Assembly (NCBI GenBank): GCA_039806045.1
Contig: JBDKLN010000050.1
Span: 1,873 to 65,872 of the forward strand
Direction of reading: 5' to 3'
DNA from: Pseudomonadota bacterium
GTDB lineage: Bacteria > Pseudomonadota > Gammaproteobacteria > Burkholderiales > Burkholderiaceae_D
DNA length: 64,000 nucleotides
Shown: positions 42,755-53,173 of the stretch, in pieces
How the letters are laid out: the number at the start of each line of letters is the position of its first letter
Position numbering within the stretch: the stretch's first letter is position 1
Made by a program: the position numbers and the translations under genes
Notes under the pieces: model-generated
What the model was told of the DNA's origin: nothing
The model's database searches: none
Seen by the model: the letters and a program-made list of their open reading frames with translations, nothing else

Positions 42755-44479
42755 TTATTTTACGCGACCTTCCTTCCAGGCCTGGAGCAGCTTGTCATAG
42801 GCGATGGTCTCGCCCTTCGGCTTCTCGTTGGCCAGCTTCTTCCACGGAGCGGCATTGTCCGACAGCCACTTGTTGGGATCACCTTTCTCGTTCAGCTTCG
42901 GCGCGCAGTTCTTCATGCCCGCACGCTGCAGACGGCCCATCACGTTGTCCATCTCGTCAGCCAGGTTGTCCATCGCTGCCTGCGGAGTCTTCTCGCCGGT
43001 GACCGCAGTCGCGACGTTCTTCCACCACAGTTGAGCCAGCTTCGGATAATCAGGCACGTTGGTACCGGTCGGGGTCCATGCAACGCGCGCCGGGCTGCGA
43101 TAGAACTCGATCAGGCCGCCGTACTTGTTGGCGTTCTTCGTGAAGTACTCATGACGGATGTCCGAGTCACGCACGAAAGTCAGGCCCGTGATCGACTTCT
43201 TCAGCGAGGTGGTCTTGGCGTTGATGAACTGAGCGTATAGCCATGCCGCTGCCTTGCGCTCGTCCGGGGTCGATTTGAAGAAGGTCCAGGAACCGACGTC
43301 CTGGTAACCATTCTGCATGCCTTCCTTCCAGTACGGGCCATGAGGGCCGGGCGCCATGCGCCATTTCGGCGAGCCATCCTTGTTGTTGACGGCCGGCGCC
43401 TTGCTCATTGATGCGGTGAACGCGGTGTACCAGAAGATCTGCTGCGAGATCTGACCCTGGCCAGGCACCGGGCCGGCTTCGGAGAAGGTCATGCCCATCG
43501 CCTCTTTCGGCGCGTACAGCTTCATCCAGTCGATGTACTTGGTCAGCGCATAAACTGCCGCCGGCGAGTTGGTCGCGCCGCCACGGGCGACGGATGCGCC
43601 CACCGGGGTGCACTTGTCGGCAGCGACCCGGATGCCCCACTCATCGATCGGCATGCCATTCGGGATGCCCTTGTCGGCGGTACCTGCCATCGACAGCCAG
43701 GCATCAGTGAAGCGCCAGCCCAGTGACGGGTCCTTCTTGCCGTAGTCCATGTGGCCGAAGACCTTCTTGCCATCGAGCTCCTTCACATCATTGGTGAAGA
43801 AATTCGCGATGTCTTCATAGGCAGACCAATTCTGCGGAACGCCGAGCTCATAACCATACTTGGCCTTGAACTTATCCTGCAGGTCCTTGCGCGCGAACCA
43901 GTCGGCACGGAACCAGTACAGGTTGGCGAATTGCTGGTCAGGCAGCTGGTACAGCTTGCCATCCGGGCCGGTGACGAAGCTGATGCCGATGAAATCTTTC
44001 AGGTCCAGGCCCGGGTTCGTGTACTCCTTTCCGGCGCCGGCCATGAAGTCGGACAGCGGCTCGACGGCGCCATAGCGGAAGTGGGTGCCGATCAGGTCGG
44101 AATCGGAGATCCAGCCGTCGTAAATCGACTTGCCCGACTGCATGGACGTCTGCAGCTTCTCAACCACGTCGCCTTCCTGGATCAGGTCATGCTTGACCTT
44201 GATGCCCGTGATCTCTTCGAAGGCCTTGGCCATGGTCTTGGATTCATAAACGTGGGTGTCGATGGTTTCGGACACCACGTTGATCTCCTTGACGCCTTTG
44301 GCCTTCAGCTTGGCGGCCGCGTCGATGAACCACTTCATCTCGTCCAGCTGCTGCTTCTTGGACAGCGTCGACGGCTGGAACTCCTTGTCGACCCATTTCT
44401 CGGCAGCCTTCATGTCTGCCCAGGATGCTCCCGAAGCCAGCATGGCGGCGATGGCGATCGCGCTTAGTTTGAATTTCAC
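42755..44479 (-). CDS. Glycerol ABC transporter substrate-binding protein (GlpV-like)
   Basis: Signal peptide; EFQPSTLS, DSDLIGTH, LPDQQFANLYWFR and WTPTGTNVPDYPKL motifs; within the glp operon. Confidence 0.85.
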   Translation of the reverse strand: MKFKLSAIAIAAMLASGASWADMKAAEKWVDKEFQPSTLSKKQQLDEMKWFIDAAAKLKAKGVKEINVVSETIDTHVYESKTMAKAFEEITGIKVKHDLIQEGDVVEKLQTSMQSGKSIYDGWISDSDLIGTHFRYGAVEPLSDFMAGAGKEYTNPGLDLKDFIGISFVTGPDGKLYQLPDQQFANLYWFRADWFARKDLQDKFKAKYGYELGVPQNWSAYEDIANFFTNDVKELDGKKVFGHMDYGKKDPSLGWRFTDAWLSMAGTADKGIPNGMPIDEWGIRVAADKCTPVGASVARGGATNSPAAVYALTKYIDWMKLYAPKEAMGMTFSEAGPVPGQGQISQQIFWYTAFTASMSKAPAVNNKDGSPKWRMAPGPHGPYWKEGMQNGYQDVGSWTFFKSTPDERKAAAWLYAQFINAKTTSLKKSITGLTFVRDSDIRHEYFTKNANKYGGLIEFYRSPARVAWTPTGTNVPDYPKLAQLWWKNVATAVTGEKTPQAAMDNLADEMDNVMGRLQRAGMKNCAPKLNEKGDPNKWLSDNAAPWKKLANEKPKGETIAYDKLLQAWKEGRVK

Positions 44480-44572
44480 GTCTTATCTCCTCTTCGCACC
44501 TTCCCGGACTGTCTATCCAGTACCGGCGGGAAGTTGGCCGGCACTGGGATGGTTCAAGGTTGTCCCTTTGCT

Positions 44573-44857
44573 TCAACCCCAACGCATCAGAACCAGCAGG
44601 ACGATGAAGCCCAGTACTGCTGCAACCCACTGCGTGACGTCGGTCAGTCCGGCCCACGCAAGATTGATATAAGCGGCCGTCAGCAGGCCAATGAACAGGC
44701 GGTCACCGCGCGTCGTTGGTATCGGCAGGAAGCCCTTGCGCTCGATACTGGGCGACCTGACCTGCCAGATCGTCATGCCGATCAGCATCAGCACGATACA
44801 ACTGAAGAAGACGGCAACCTCCGTGGTCCAGGCCATCCATGAAAATGCATTTGCCAT
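44573..44857 (-). CDS. Small membrane protein, DUF2160/GlpU-like
   Basis: WMAWT...RKGFLPIPTTRGDRLFIGLL; start ATG 44857. Confidence 0.82.
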   Translation of the reverse strand: MANAFSWMAWTTEVAVFFSCIVLMLIGMTIWQVRSPSIERKGFLPIPTTRGDRLFIGLLTAAYINLAWAGLTDVTQWVAAVLGFIVLLVLMRWG

Positions 44858-44867
44858 GTCGGCCTCC

Positions 44868-46549
<1,682 letters not shown>

Positions 46550-46550
46550 C

Positions 46551-47627
46551 TCATGCCACCCGCTTGTCGTTCACGTAGTACAGCGTGCGATTGGCCGGCA
46601 ATTTCAGCCAGACCGCGTCGCCATCTTTGGCCGCGTGCAGCGCACGCTGCTTGGCCGCGATCCTGTGCTCGCCCAGCTGGCACTCGACCAGCCAGTGCGT
46701 GCCCATGTTGCGTGCCTTGAGCAGACGTGCCGGCAGCGCGCCTGCCTCGGGCTGGGCGACGCATTCCACGTACTCGGGACGGATGCCCAGCGTCAGGCGG
46801 CCGCCCGGAATGTTGGACGGCGCCGGCAGTGCATCACTGACGCCTGGCAGGTGCACGCCGCCCTGGCTGGCTGCGCACGGCAGCAGGTTCATGCCCGGGT
46901 TGCCGATGAAATAACCGACGAAGGTATGCTCGGGTGCCTCGAACAGTGCCTGCGCGCTGCCGACCTGCACCACTTCACCTTCGGTCATCACTACCACCTG
47001 GTCGGCGAAAGTCAGCGCCTCGATCTGGTCGTGCGTCACGTAGATCAGCGACAGCTTCAGTTCGTGATGGATCTCCTTGAGCTTGCGACGCAGCAGCCAT
47101 TTCAGGTGCGGATCGATCACGGTGAGCGGCTCATCGAACAGCACGGCGGCCACATCGGGACGCACGAGGCCGCGGCCGAGCGAAATTTTTTGCTTCGCAT
47201 CTGGCGTCAGCCCCGAGGCGCGATGCTTGAGGTCGCCGCTCAGCTCGAGTATCTCCGCAATCTGCGATACGCGGCGATCGATGTCTGACGGCTTCCAGCC
47301 GCGGTTCTTCAGCGGGAAAGCGAGGTTCTCGCCGACGGTCATCGTGTCGTAGATCACAGGGAACTGGAACACCTGCGCAATGTTGCGCGCTTCGGTCGGC
47401 AGGTCGGTAACATCCTTGCCATTGAACAGCACACGGCCGTGCGAAGGTTTCACCAGTCCCGAGATGATGTTCAGCAGCGTGGTCTTGCCGCAGCCGGACG
47501 GGCCCAGCAGCGCATACGCGCCGCCGTCTTCCCACACCATGTCCATCGGGCGCAGCGCGTAGTCGGAGGGCTGCGAAGGGTTCGGTTTGTAGCTGTGCGC
47601 GAGGCCAGCGAGTTCGATGCGCGCCAT
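46551..47627 (-). CDS. Glycerol ABC transporter ATP-binding protein (GlpT-like)
   Basis: GPSGCGKTT, LFDEPL, YVTHDQ; degenerate signature LTPDAKQ; start ATG 47627. Confidence 0.9.
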   Translation of the reverse strand: MARIELAGLAHSYKPNPSQPSDYALRPMDMVWEDGGAYALLGPSGCGKTTLLNIISGLVKPSHGRVLFNGKDVTDLPTEARNIAQVFQFPVIYDTMTVGENLAFPLKNRGWKPSDIDRRVSQIAEILELSGDLKHRASGLTPDAKQKISLGRGLVRPDVAAVLFDEPLTVIDPHLKWLLRRKLKEIHHELKLSLIYVTHDQIEALTFADQVVVMTEGEVVQVGSAQALFEAPEHTFVGYFIGNPGMNLLPCAASQGGVHLPGVSDALPAPSNIPGGRLTLGIRPEYVECVAQPEAGALPARLLKARNMGTHWLVECQLGEHRIAAKQRALHAAKDGDAVWLKLPANRTLYYVNDKRVA

Positions 47628-47628
47628 C

Positions 47629-48717
47629 TCAGGCTCCTGCCCCGGGCGCGCACAGCAGCGCGCCATCGGTACTGAAAATGAACAAGTCGTCGGGCTGAAA
47701 GTGCATGGTCGCTTGCGCGCCCAGATCCAGCTCATGGACGCCCGGCAGTTGCGCCACCAGCGCCAGGCTGCCGCGATGCAGGTGAACGAAGGTTTCCGAG
47801 CCGCTGATCTCGGCCAGGTCCACCGTGCCGCTCAAGGCAAAGTCGCCCGCGCGCGCTTGGGCGTGCAGGCTGTGTGCGCGCAATCCGACTTGCACGCGGT
47901 TGTAGCCTGCCAGATTGGCTTGCTGCGCCGGCGTCAGCGGCAGCGTCATGCCTTCGGCCAGTTGCGCCGTGCCGTTGGCGATGGTGGCATCAAACAGGTT
48001 GATGGGCGGGTCGCTGAAAGTACGTGCGGCGGTCACGGACACCGGCGCATTGAATACCGACAGCGTCGGGCCATGCTGCAGCACGCGGCCTTCGTGCATC
48101 AGCAGTGTGTGGCCGCCGAGCTGCAGCGCTTCCAGCGGCTCGGTGGTCGCATAGACGACCGTGGTGCCGCCGGCCGAGAACAGGTCGGTCAGCTCACGCC
48201 GCAGTTCTTCGCGCAGCTTGTAGTCCAGGTTGACCAGCGGTTCGTCCAACAACAGCAGGTTTGCATCCTTGACCAGCGCCCGCGCAAGCGCGCAGCGTTG
48301 TTGCTGGCCGCCCGACAGCGCTGCCGGGGAGCGATCCAGGTATTGGGAGATGTGTAGTCGTTCCGCCACCTCGTGAACCTTGGCGCGCAGGGCGTCGTCG
48401 GACAAACGCCCGGCAATCCGCAGAGGCGAAGCGATGTTCTCGAAGACGGACAGCGACGGGTAATTGATGAATTGCTGGTAGACCATCGCGAGCTGGCGCT
48501 CACGCACGGGTACGCCGGTCACATCGACGCCATCGGCAATCACCTTGCCTTCGCTTGGACGATCGAGGCCGGCCATCAGCCGCATCAACGTGGTCTTGCC
48601 TGCCAGCGTGGCGCCGAGCAGCACGTTGATGGCCCCCGGCATCAGCGCGACGGAAGTCGGGTACAAGTGTAGGTCGGCGCCGACCTTGCGGGTCACGCCT
48701 TGCAGTTCCAGACGCAC
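47629..48717 (-). CDS. Glycerol ABC transporter ATP-binding protein (GlpS-like)
   Basis: GATLAGKTT, LSGGQQQR, LLDEPL; H-loop replaced (YATTEP); GTG start. Confidence 0.9.
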   Translation of the reverse strand: MRLELQGVTRKVGADLHLYPTSVALMPGAINVLLGATLAGKTTLMRLMAGLDRPSEGKVIADGVDVTGVPVRERQLAMVYQQFINYPSLSVFENIASPLRIAGRLSDDALRAKVHEVAERLHISQYLDRSPAALSGGQQQRCALARALVKDANLLLLDEPLVNLDYKLREELRRELTDLFSAGGTTVVYATTEPLEALQLGGHTLLMHEGRVLQHGPTLSVFNAPVSVTAARTFSDPPINLFDATIANGTAQLAEGMTLPLTPAQQANLAGYNRVQVGLRAHSLHAQARAGDFALSGTVDLAEISGSETFVHLHRGSLALVAQLPGVHELDLGAQATMHFQPDDLFIFSTDGALLCAPGAGA

Positions 48718-48767
48718 GTAGTCTCCTCAGATACGACCGCCGCGTGCAGACAGTCGCAAGCTTGCTG

Positions 48768-50297
48768 CTAATCGTTTTTATATGTGCGGGCGATCCACTG
48801 GTCAATGCGCTGCTCGGCCCCCGCCTGCAGGTGCAGCCCCAGTTTGGAACGTCGCCACAGTATATCGGCGCCTGACGACGCCCATTCGTTCTTTACCAAA
48901 TATTCCAGCTCGGCCGCAAACAGGTTGTCGGCCAGTTCTTCGCCCATCTGCGTGAGGCCGTGCCGGTCCTTCAACAGTTCATGGATGCGCGTTCCATAGG
49001 CGCGCACGTAGCGCGCGACCAATTTGGGCGGCAGCCACGAGAATTGCAGCTGCATCCGGCTCACGTAAGCGTCGTATTCCAGCACGCCGCGATTTTGCGG
49101 TGCACCGTACAAGTCACCGCCCGGCAGGCACGCATGTTCTGTCCAGGTGGGGCGATGATTACCCAGGCGGGGTGCGAGCAGGTCAACGGCTTCCTCGGCC
49201 AGCTTGCGGAAAGTCGTGATCTTGCCGCCAAAGACCGACAGCAACGGCGCCTGTTCGCCTTCGAGCGCCAGTTTGTAATCGCGGGTGATCTCCGAGGCAT
49301 TGGGCGAATCGTCTTCCAGCAAGGGGCGAACGCCGGAATACGACCAAACGACATCGGCCGGCGTGATCGGCTCACGGAAATAGCGCTCGGTCAGCTTGCA
49401 CAGGTATTCGATCTCTGAGCGATCGATCTCGACCTTGTTGGTATCGCCGTGGTATTCGAGATCGGTGGTGCCGACCAGCGTGAAATCCTGTTCGTAGTTG
49501 ATTGCGAAGACAATGCGGCCATCCGGATGCTGGAAAATGTAAGCAAACGGATGGTCGAACATCTTCCGGACGATGATGTGGCTGCCCTTGACCAGGCGCA
49601 GCGCCTTGCCAGTCGACTGATGTACCGCATCTTCGAGGAATGAAGCGGCCCAGGGGCCGGCGGCATTGACCAGCGCGCGCGCGTGGATTTCTCGGGTCTC
49701 GCCATGGGCATGCCGCAGCGTCGCGTGCCAGCGGTCGCCGACCCGTTTGGCGGATTCGCAGCCGGTGTGCGTGAAGACGAGTGCGCCTTTTTCGGCGGCG
49801 TCCCGGGCATTCAAGACGACCAGCCGCGCATCGTCGACCCAGCCGTCGGAATAGATGAAGCCCTTGCTGAAATCGGATTTCAGCGGCTTGCCGGCCGGAT
49901 GGCTGCGCAGGTCGATACCGCCCGAGCCGGGCAGGATTTCGCGTTTGGCGAGGAAGTCATAAATGAGCAGGCCGGCGCGAATCATCCACGACGGCCGTTG
50001 ACCTTGATCGTGCGGCATCACGAAGCGCATCGGCCACATGATGTGCGGCGCGGCGCGCAAAAGCACTTCCCGCTCGATCAGCGCCTTGCGCACCAGGCCG
50101 AACTCATAATGTTCGAGGTAGCGCAGCCCGCCATGGATCAGCTTGGTCGAAGCCGACGAGGTGTGCGACGCGAGGTCATCCTTTTCGCACAGTACGACCG
50201 ACAGCCCGCGGCCGGCTGCATCGCGCGCGATGCCCGCGCCATTGATGCCACCGCCCACGACCAGCACATCCGTCGTAAGTACCCGCTGTGTACTCAT
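48768..50297 (-). CDS. glpD: FAD-dependent glycerol-3-phosphate dehydrogenase
   Basis: VGGGINGAGIARDAAGRG, TSSASTKLIHGGLRYLE, GVRPL and GGKITTFR motifs. Confidence 0.96.
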   Translation of the reverse strand: MSTQRVLTTDVLVVGGGINGAGIARDAAGRGLSVVLCEKDDLASHTSSASTKLIHGGLRYLEHYEFGLVRKALIEREVLLRAAPHIMWPMRFVMPHDQGQRPSWMIRAGLLIYDFLAKREILPGSGGIDLRSHPAGKPLKSDFSKGFIYSDGWVDDARLVVLNARDAAEKGALVFTHTGCESAKRVGDRWHATLRHAHGETREIHARALVNAAGPWAASFLEDAVHQSTGKALRLVKGSHIIVRKMFDHPFAYIFQHPDGRIVFAINYEQDFTLVGTTDLEYHGDTNKVEIDRSEIEYLCKLTERYFREPITPADVVWSYSGVRPLLEDDSPNASEITRDYKLALEGEQAPLLSVFGGKITTFRKLAEEAVDLLAPRLGNHRPTWTEHACLPGGDLYGAPQNRGVLEYDAYVSRMQLQFSWLPPKLVARYVRAYGTRIHELLKDRHGLTQMGEELADNLFAAELEYLVKNEWASSGADILWRRSKLGLHLQAGAEQRIDQWIARTYKND

Positions 50298-50463
50298 GAA
50301 CACCAGCCAATCAAGAAAAGTAAGCTAGCACTAACTTTCGGGATTCGCAAAGGGGATAGCGAAAAGAATTGCAGGCAAGCGCAGGAAGGAGCGGGTAGGC
50401 TTGCCTGCAAGAATTGCCAAATCAGGGTGACCTGAACATAATGCAAGATCAAAGATAGACGGG

Positions 50464-50507
50464 AAACGAACAAAAAGCAACAATTCGAACTTCAAAAATG
50501 TTCGTTT
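50464..50507. promoter_or_regulatory. Putative GlpR operator region
   Basis: aaacgaaca...ttcgaac...tgttcgttt half-sites resembling the TGTTCG/CGAACA GlpR motif, between divergent glpD and glpR. Confidence 0.55.
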
Positions 50508-50559
50508 TGGTTCCTTATTTCACTTTTATGATGCGTTCCCAGCGAACCGGAGACCCGCA

Positions 50560-51321
50560 ATGACCCTCAATCCCCGCCAGCGCCGCATTCTCGAAGCCGT
50601 GCGCAGCCAGGTCACGGTGTCGGTCGAGGCGCTGGCCCAGCAACTGGAAGTCACGCCGCAAACCGTGCGGCGCGATGTGAAGCTGCTGGAAGAGGCCAGG
50701 CTGCTGGCACGCTACCACGGCGGCGTGGGATTACCTTCGTCGGTCGAGAACATCGATTACAGTCAGCGTCAGGTGCTCAATATCGACGCCAAGCGCCGCA
50801 TCGCCGCAGCGGTCGCGCAACGGGTGCGGCCGGGCAGTTCATTGCTGATCAATATCGGCACCACGACAGAAGAGGTGGCGCGCGCGCTGGTGCATCACAC
50901 CGGCCTGCACGTCGTGACAAATAACCTGAACGTGGCGGCCATACTGGCAGGCCAGCCGGGCTGCGAAGTGATCGTGGCCGGCGGCGTGGTGCGCGGGCGC
51001 GACCGCGGCATCGTCGGCGAAGCGACCGTCGATTTCATCCGGCAGTTCAAGGTCGACATCGGCATCATCGGTATTTCCAGCATCGAGCCCGATGGTACGC
51101 TGCGCGATTTCGATCCGCGCGAAGTCAAGGTCGCGCAAGCCATCATCGAGCATTCGCGCGAGGTGTGGCTGGTCGCCGATGAAGACAAATTCGGCCGCCA
51201 GGCGCTGGTGCGGCTGGCGCACCTGTCGCAGATCGACAAACTGTTCTGTGATGCCGAGCCGCCGGCGTCGGTGCGTGCATTGCTGGAGGAAGCGCGGGTC
51301 GAGCTGGTTGTCGCCCCTTGA
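50560..51321 (+). CDS. glpR: DeoR-family glycerol-3-phosphate regulon repressor
   Basis: VTPQTVRRD HTH, RYHGG, INIGTT and VTNNLNVA motifs; divergent from glpD. Confidence 0.92.
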   Translation: MTLNPRQRRILEAVRSQVTVSVEALAQQLEVTPQTVRRDVKLLEEARLLARYHGGVGLPSSVENIDYSQRQVLNIDAKRRIAAAVAQRVRPGSSLLINIGTTTEEVARALVHHTGLHVVTNNLNVAAILAGQPGCEVIVAGGVVRGRDRGIVGEATVDFIRQFKVDIGIIGISSIEPDGTLRDFDPREVKVAQAIIEHSREVWLVADEDKFGRQALVRLAHLSQIDKLFCDAEPPASVRALLEEARVELVVAP

Positions 51322-51444
51322 CCCAACGCCCCCGAGCCGAACGACCCGCAGCCTGTGACGGGCGCGCGCGCCCCAAAAAGCAGAGCGGCCAGAGGGCTTT
51401 GGGGGATAATACGGCCTCCCTGAAATCTGCCCTTGTAGGAACCG

Positions 51445-52527
51445 ATGTCGAGCTCGTTCGCCCCGCTGAAGAATGATACGTTTCTGCGCGCATTGCTGCG
51501 CCAGCCCACGGACTACACACCGCTGTGGCTGATGCGCCAGGCCGGTCGTTACCTGCCAGAGTATCGCGCAACGCGCAGCAAGGCCGGCTCCTTCATGGGT
51601 CTGGCCACCAATCCCGATTTCGCGACCGAAGTCACGCTGCAGCCGCTGGACCGCTATGCACTCGATGCGGCCATCCTGTTCTCCGACATCCTGACTGTCC
51701 CCGACGCCATGGGCCTCGGCCTGTCGTTCGCCGAAGGCGAAGGCCCACGCTTTGCGCACCCGTTGCGCGACGAAACCGCCGTTCGCGAGCTGCAGGCGCC
51801 GGATTTGTCGAAGCTGCAATATGTCTTCGATGCGGTCACGCAGATCCGCACCGAACTGAATGGCCGCGTACCGCTGATCGGCTTCTCGGGTAGCCCATGG
51901 ACCTTGGCTTGCTATATGGTCGAAGGAAAGGGTTCGGATGACTTCCGCACGGTCAAGAGCATGCTTTATGACCGCCCGGACCTGATGCACCACATTTTGA
52001 GCGTGAATGCGCAGGCGGTGTCCGCGTATCTGAATGCGCAGATCGATGCCGGCGCGCAAGCCGTGATGATTTTCGATACCTGGGGTGGCGCGCTCGCCGA
52101 TGGCATTTATCAGGCCTTCTCGCTGCATTACATGCGGGAAGTGATCAAGGGCCTGAAACGCGAACACGCCGGCGTGAAGATCCCGTGCATCGTTTTTACC
52201 AAGGGCGGCGGCCTGTGGCTGGAAGAGATCGCCGACGCCGGCGCCGATGCGGTCGGCCTCGACTGGACCGTGAATCTGGGCAAGGCACGCGCCCTGGTCG
52301 GCCACAAGGTCGCTTTGCAAGGTAACCTCGACCCGAACGTACTGTTCGCCAAACCCGAGCAAATCCGCGCCGAGGTCGACAAGACCCTGAATTCCTTTGG
52401 CAAGCCGGGCGCCGGCAGCGGCCACGTCTTCAATCTTGGCCACGGCATTTCGCAGTTTACGCCGCCAGAATCCGTGACCGTCCTGGTCGACGCCGTCCAT
52501 CAGATCAGCCGTGATCTGCGGGCCTGA
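51445..52527 (+). CDS. hemE: Uroporphyrinogen decarboxylase
   Basis: [31 protein letters not shown] and FNLGHG motifs. Confidence 0.97.
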   Translation: MSSSFAPLKNDTFLRALLRQPTDYTPLWLMRQAGRYLPEYRATRSKAGSFMGLATNPDFATEVTLQPLDRYALDAAILFSDILTVPDAMGLGLSFAEGEGPRFAHPLRDETAVRELQAPDLSKLQYVFDAVTQIRTELNGRVPLIGFSGSPWTLACYMVEGKGSDDFRTVKSMLYDRPDLMHHILSVNAQAVSAYLNAQIDAGAQAVMIFDTWGGALADGIYQAFSLHYMREVIKGLKREHAGVKIPCIVFTKGGGLWLEEIADAGADAVGLDWTVNLGKARALVGHKVALQGNLDPNVLFAKPEQIRAEVDKTLNSFGKPGAGSGHVFNLGHGISQFTPPESVTVLVDAVHQISRDLRA

Positions 52528-52604
52528 TCAGGTGATTTGGGGAAGCGACAAATAATTTCCCTTCGGGAACACAGATGTGGCTGCCGGTCAAGTGATCGTG
52601 CGAC

Positions 52605-53114
52605 TTATGCACAGGCTTGACCGACCGAAGCTGAATCAAGGACTTGCGCGGCCTAGCAAAATCTCGTGCTAACAATGTTTCGCAAGTCATTGAAAAATAA
52701 TGAAATATTTTTTCTTCGCCGCGAGGGAGTGTTTCCCGAATGCACCAGAATGACGCAAGTCAATTCTTGCAGGAAAGCATTGTTCACAAAGATATCCACA
52801 GATTTGTGCAAATAAGGCTTGGATAGGCACGGAATCCGAATTTTCTTGACGGAGAATCATGAATTTTCCGATCGCGCAAGCCTTTCGTGCATCGGTCGCC
52901 GCACTTATTCACAAAAACTACCCCTGTCAAGTCTGCTAGAAGACAAAACAAAATATTTTTTTGCTGCAGATTGCTCCCAAGCTAAGTTATTGATTTCATT
53001 GGAAGTGCCTTCCTGCGTTCTCGTTGAGCAATTTGTTTGAGGCCGCATAAAATCTGGGTTTTGGCGTGTCAAGTCCCAGTTGCCCACAAAGTTATCCACA
53101 GAATATGTGGATAG
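52605..53114. promoter_or_regulatory. DnaA-box/IHF cluster, two modules at a 300-bp offset (DARS/datA-like)
   Basis: DnaA boxes at 52605, 52780, 52792, 52805(rev), 52905, 53080, 53092 and 53106(rev); IHF-consensus sites at 52634, 52683 and 52983. Confidence 0.75.
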
Positions 53115-53173
53115 TTGAAAAAGGCCTTGTGGGACTTGGGTTTAGGCACGCTTTTAAGGATTCACATTAAGTC

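Noticed and set aside
46551-48717. Degenerate ABC motifs (LTPDAKQ signature; YATTE H-loop) as decay
   Set aside because: Complementary degeneracy is typical of heterodimeric ATPase pairs such as the glycerol ABC importer, and both frames are intact.
52605-53114. hemE-priA DnaA-box cluster as the main oriC
   Set aside because: It lacks a clear unwinding element, trio, R1 and IHF series, whereas 22039-22342 has that layout and sits nearer parS/mnmG. Not formally excluded without GC skew.
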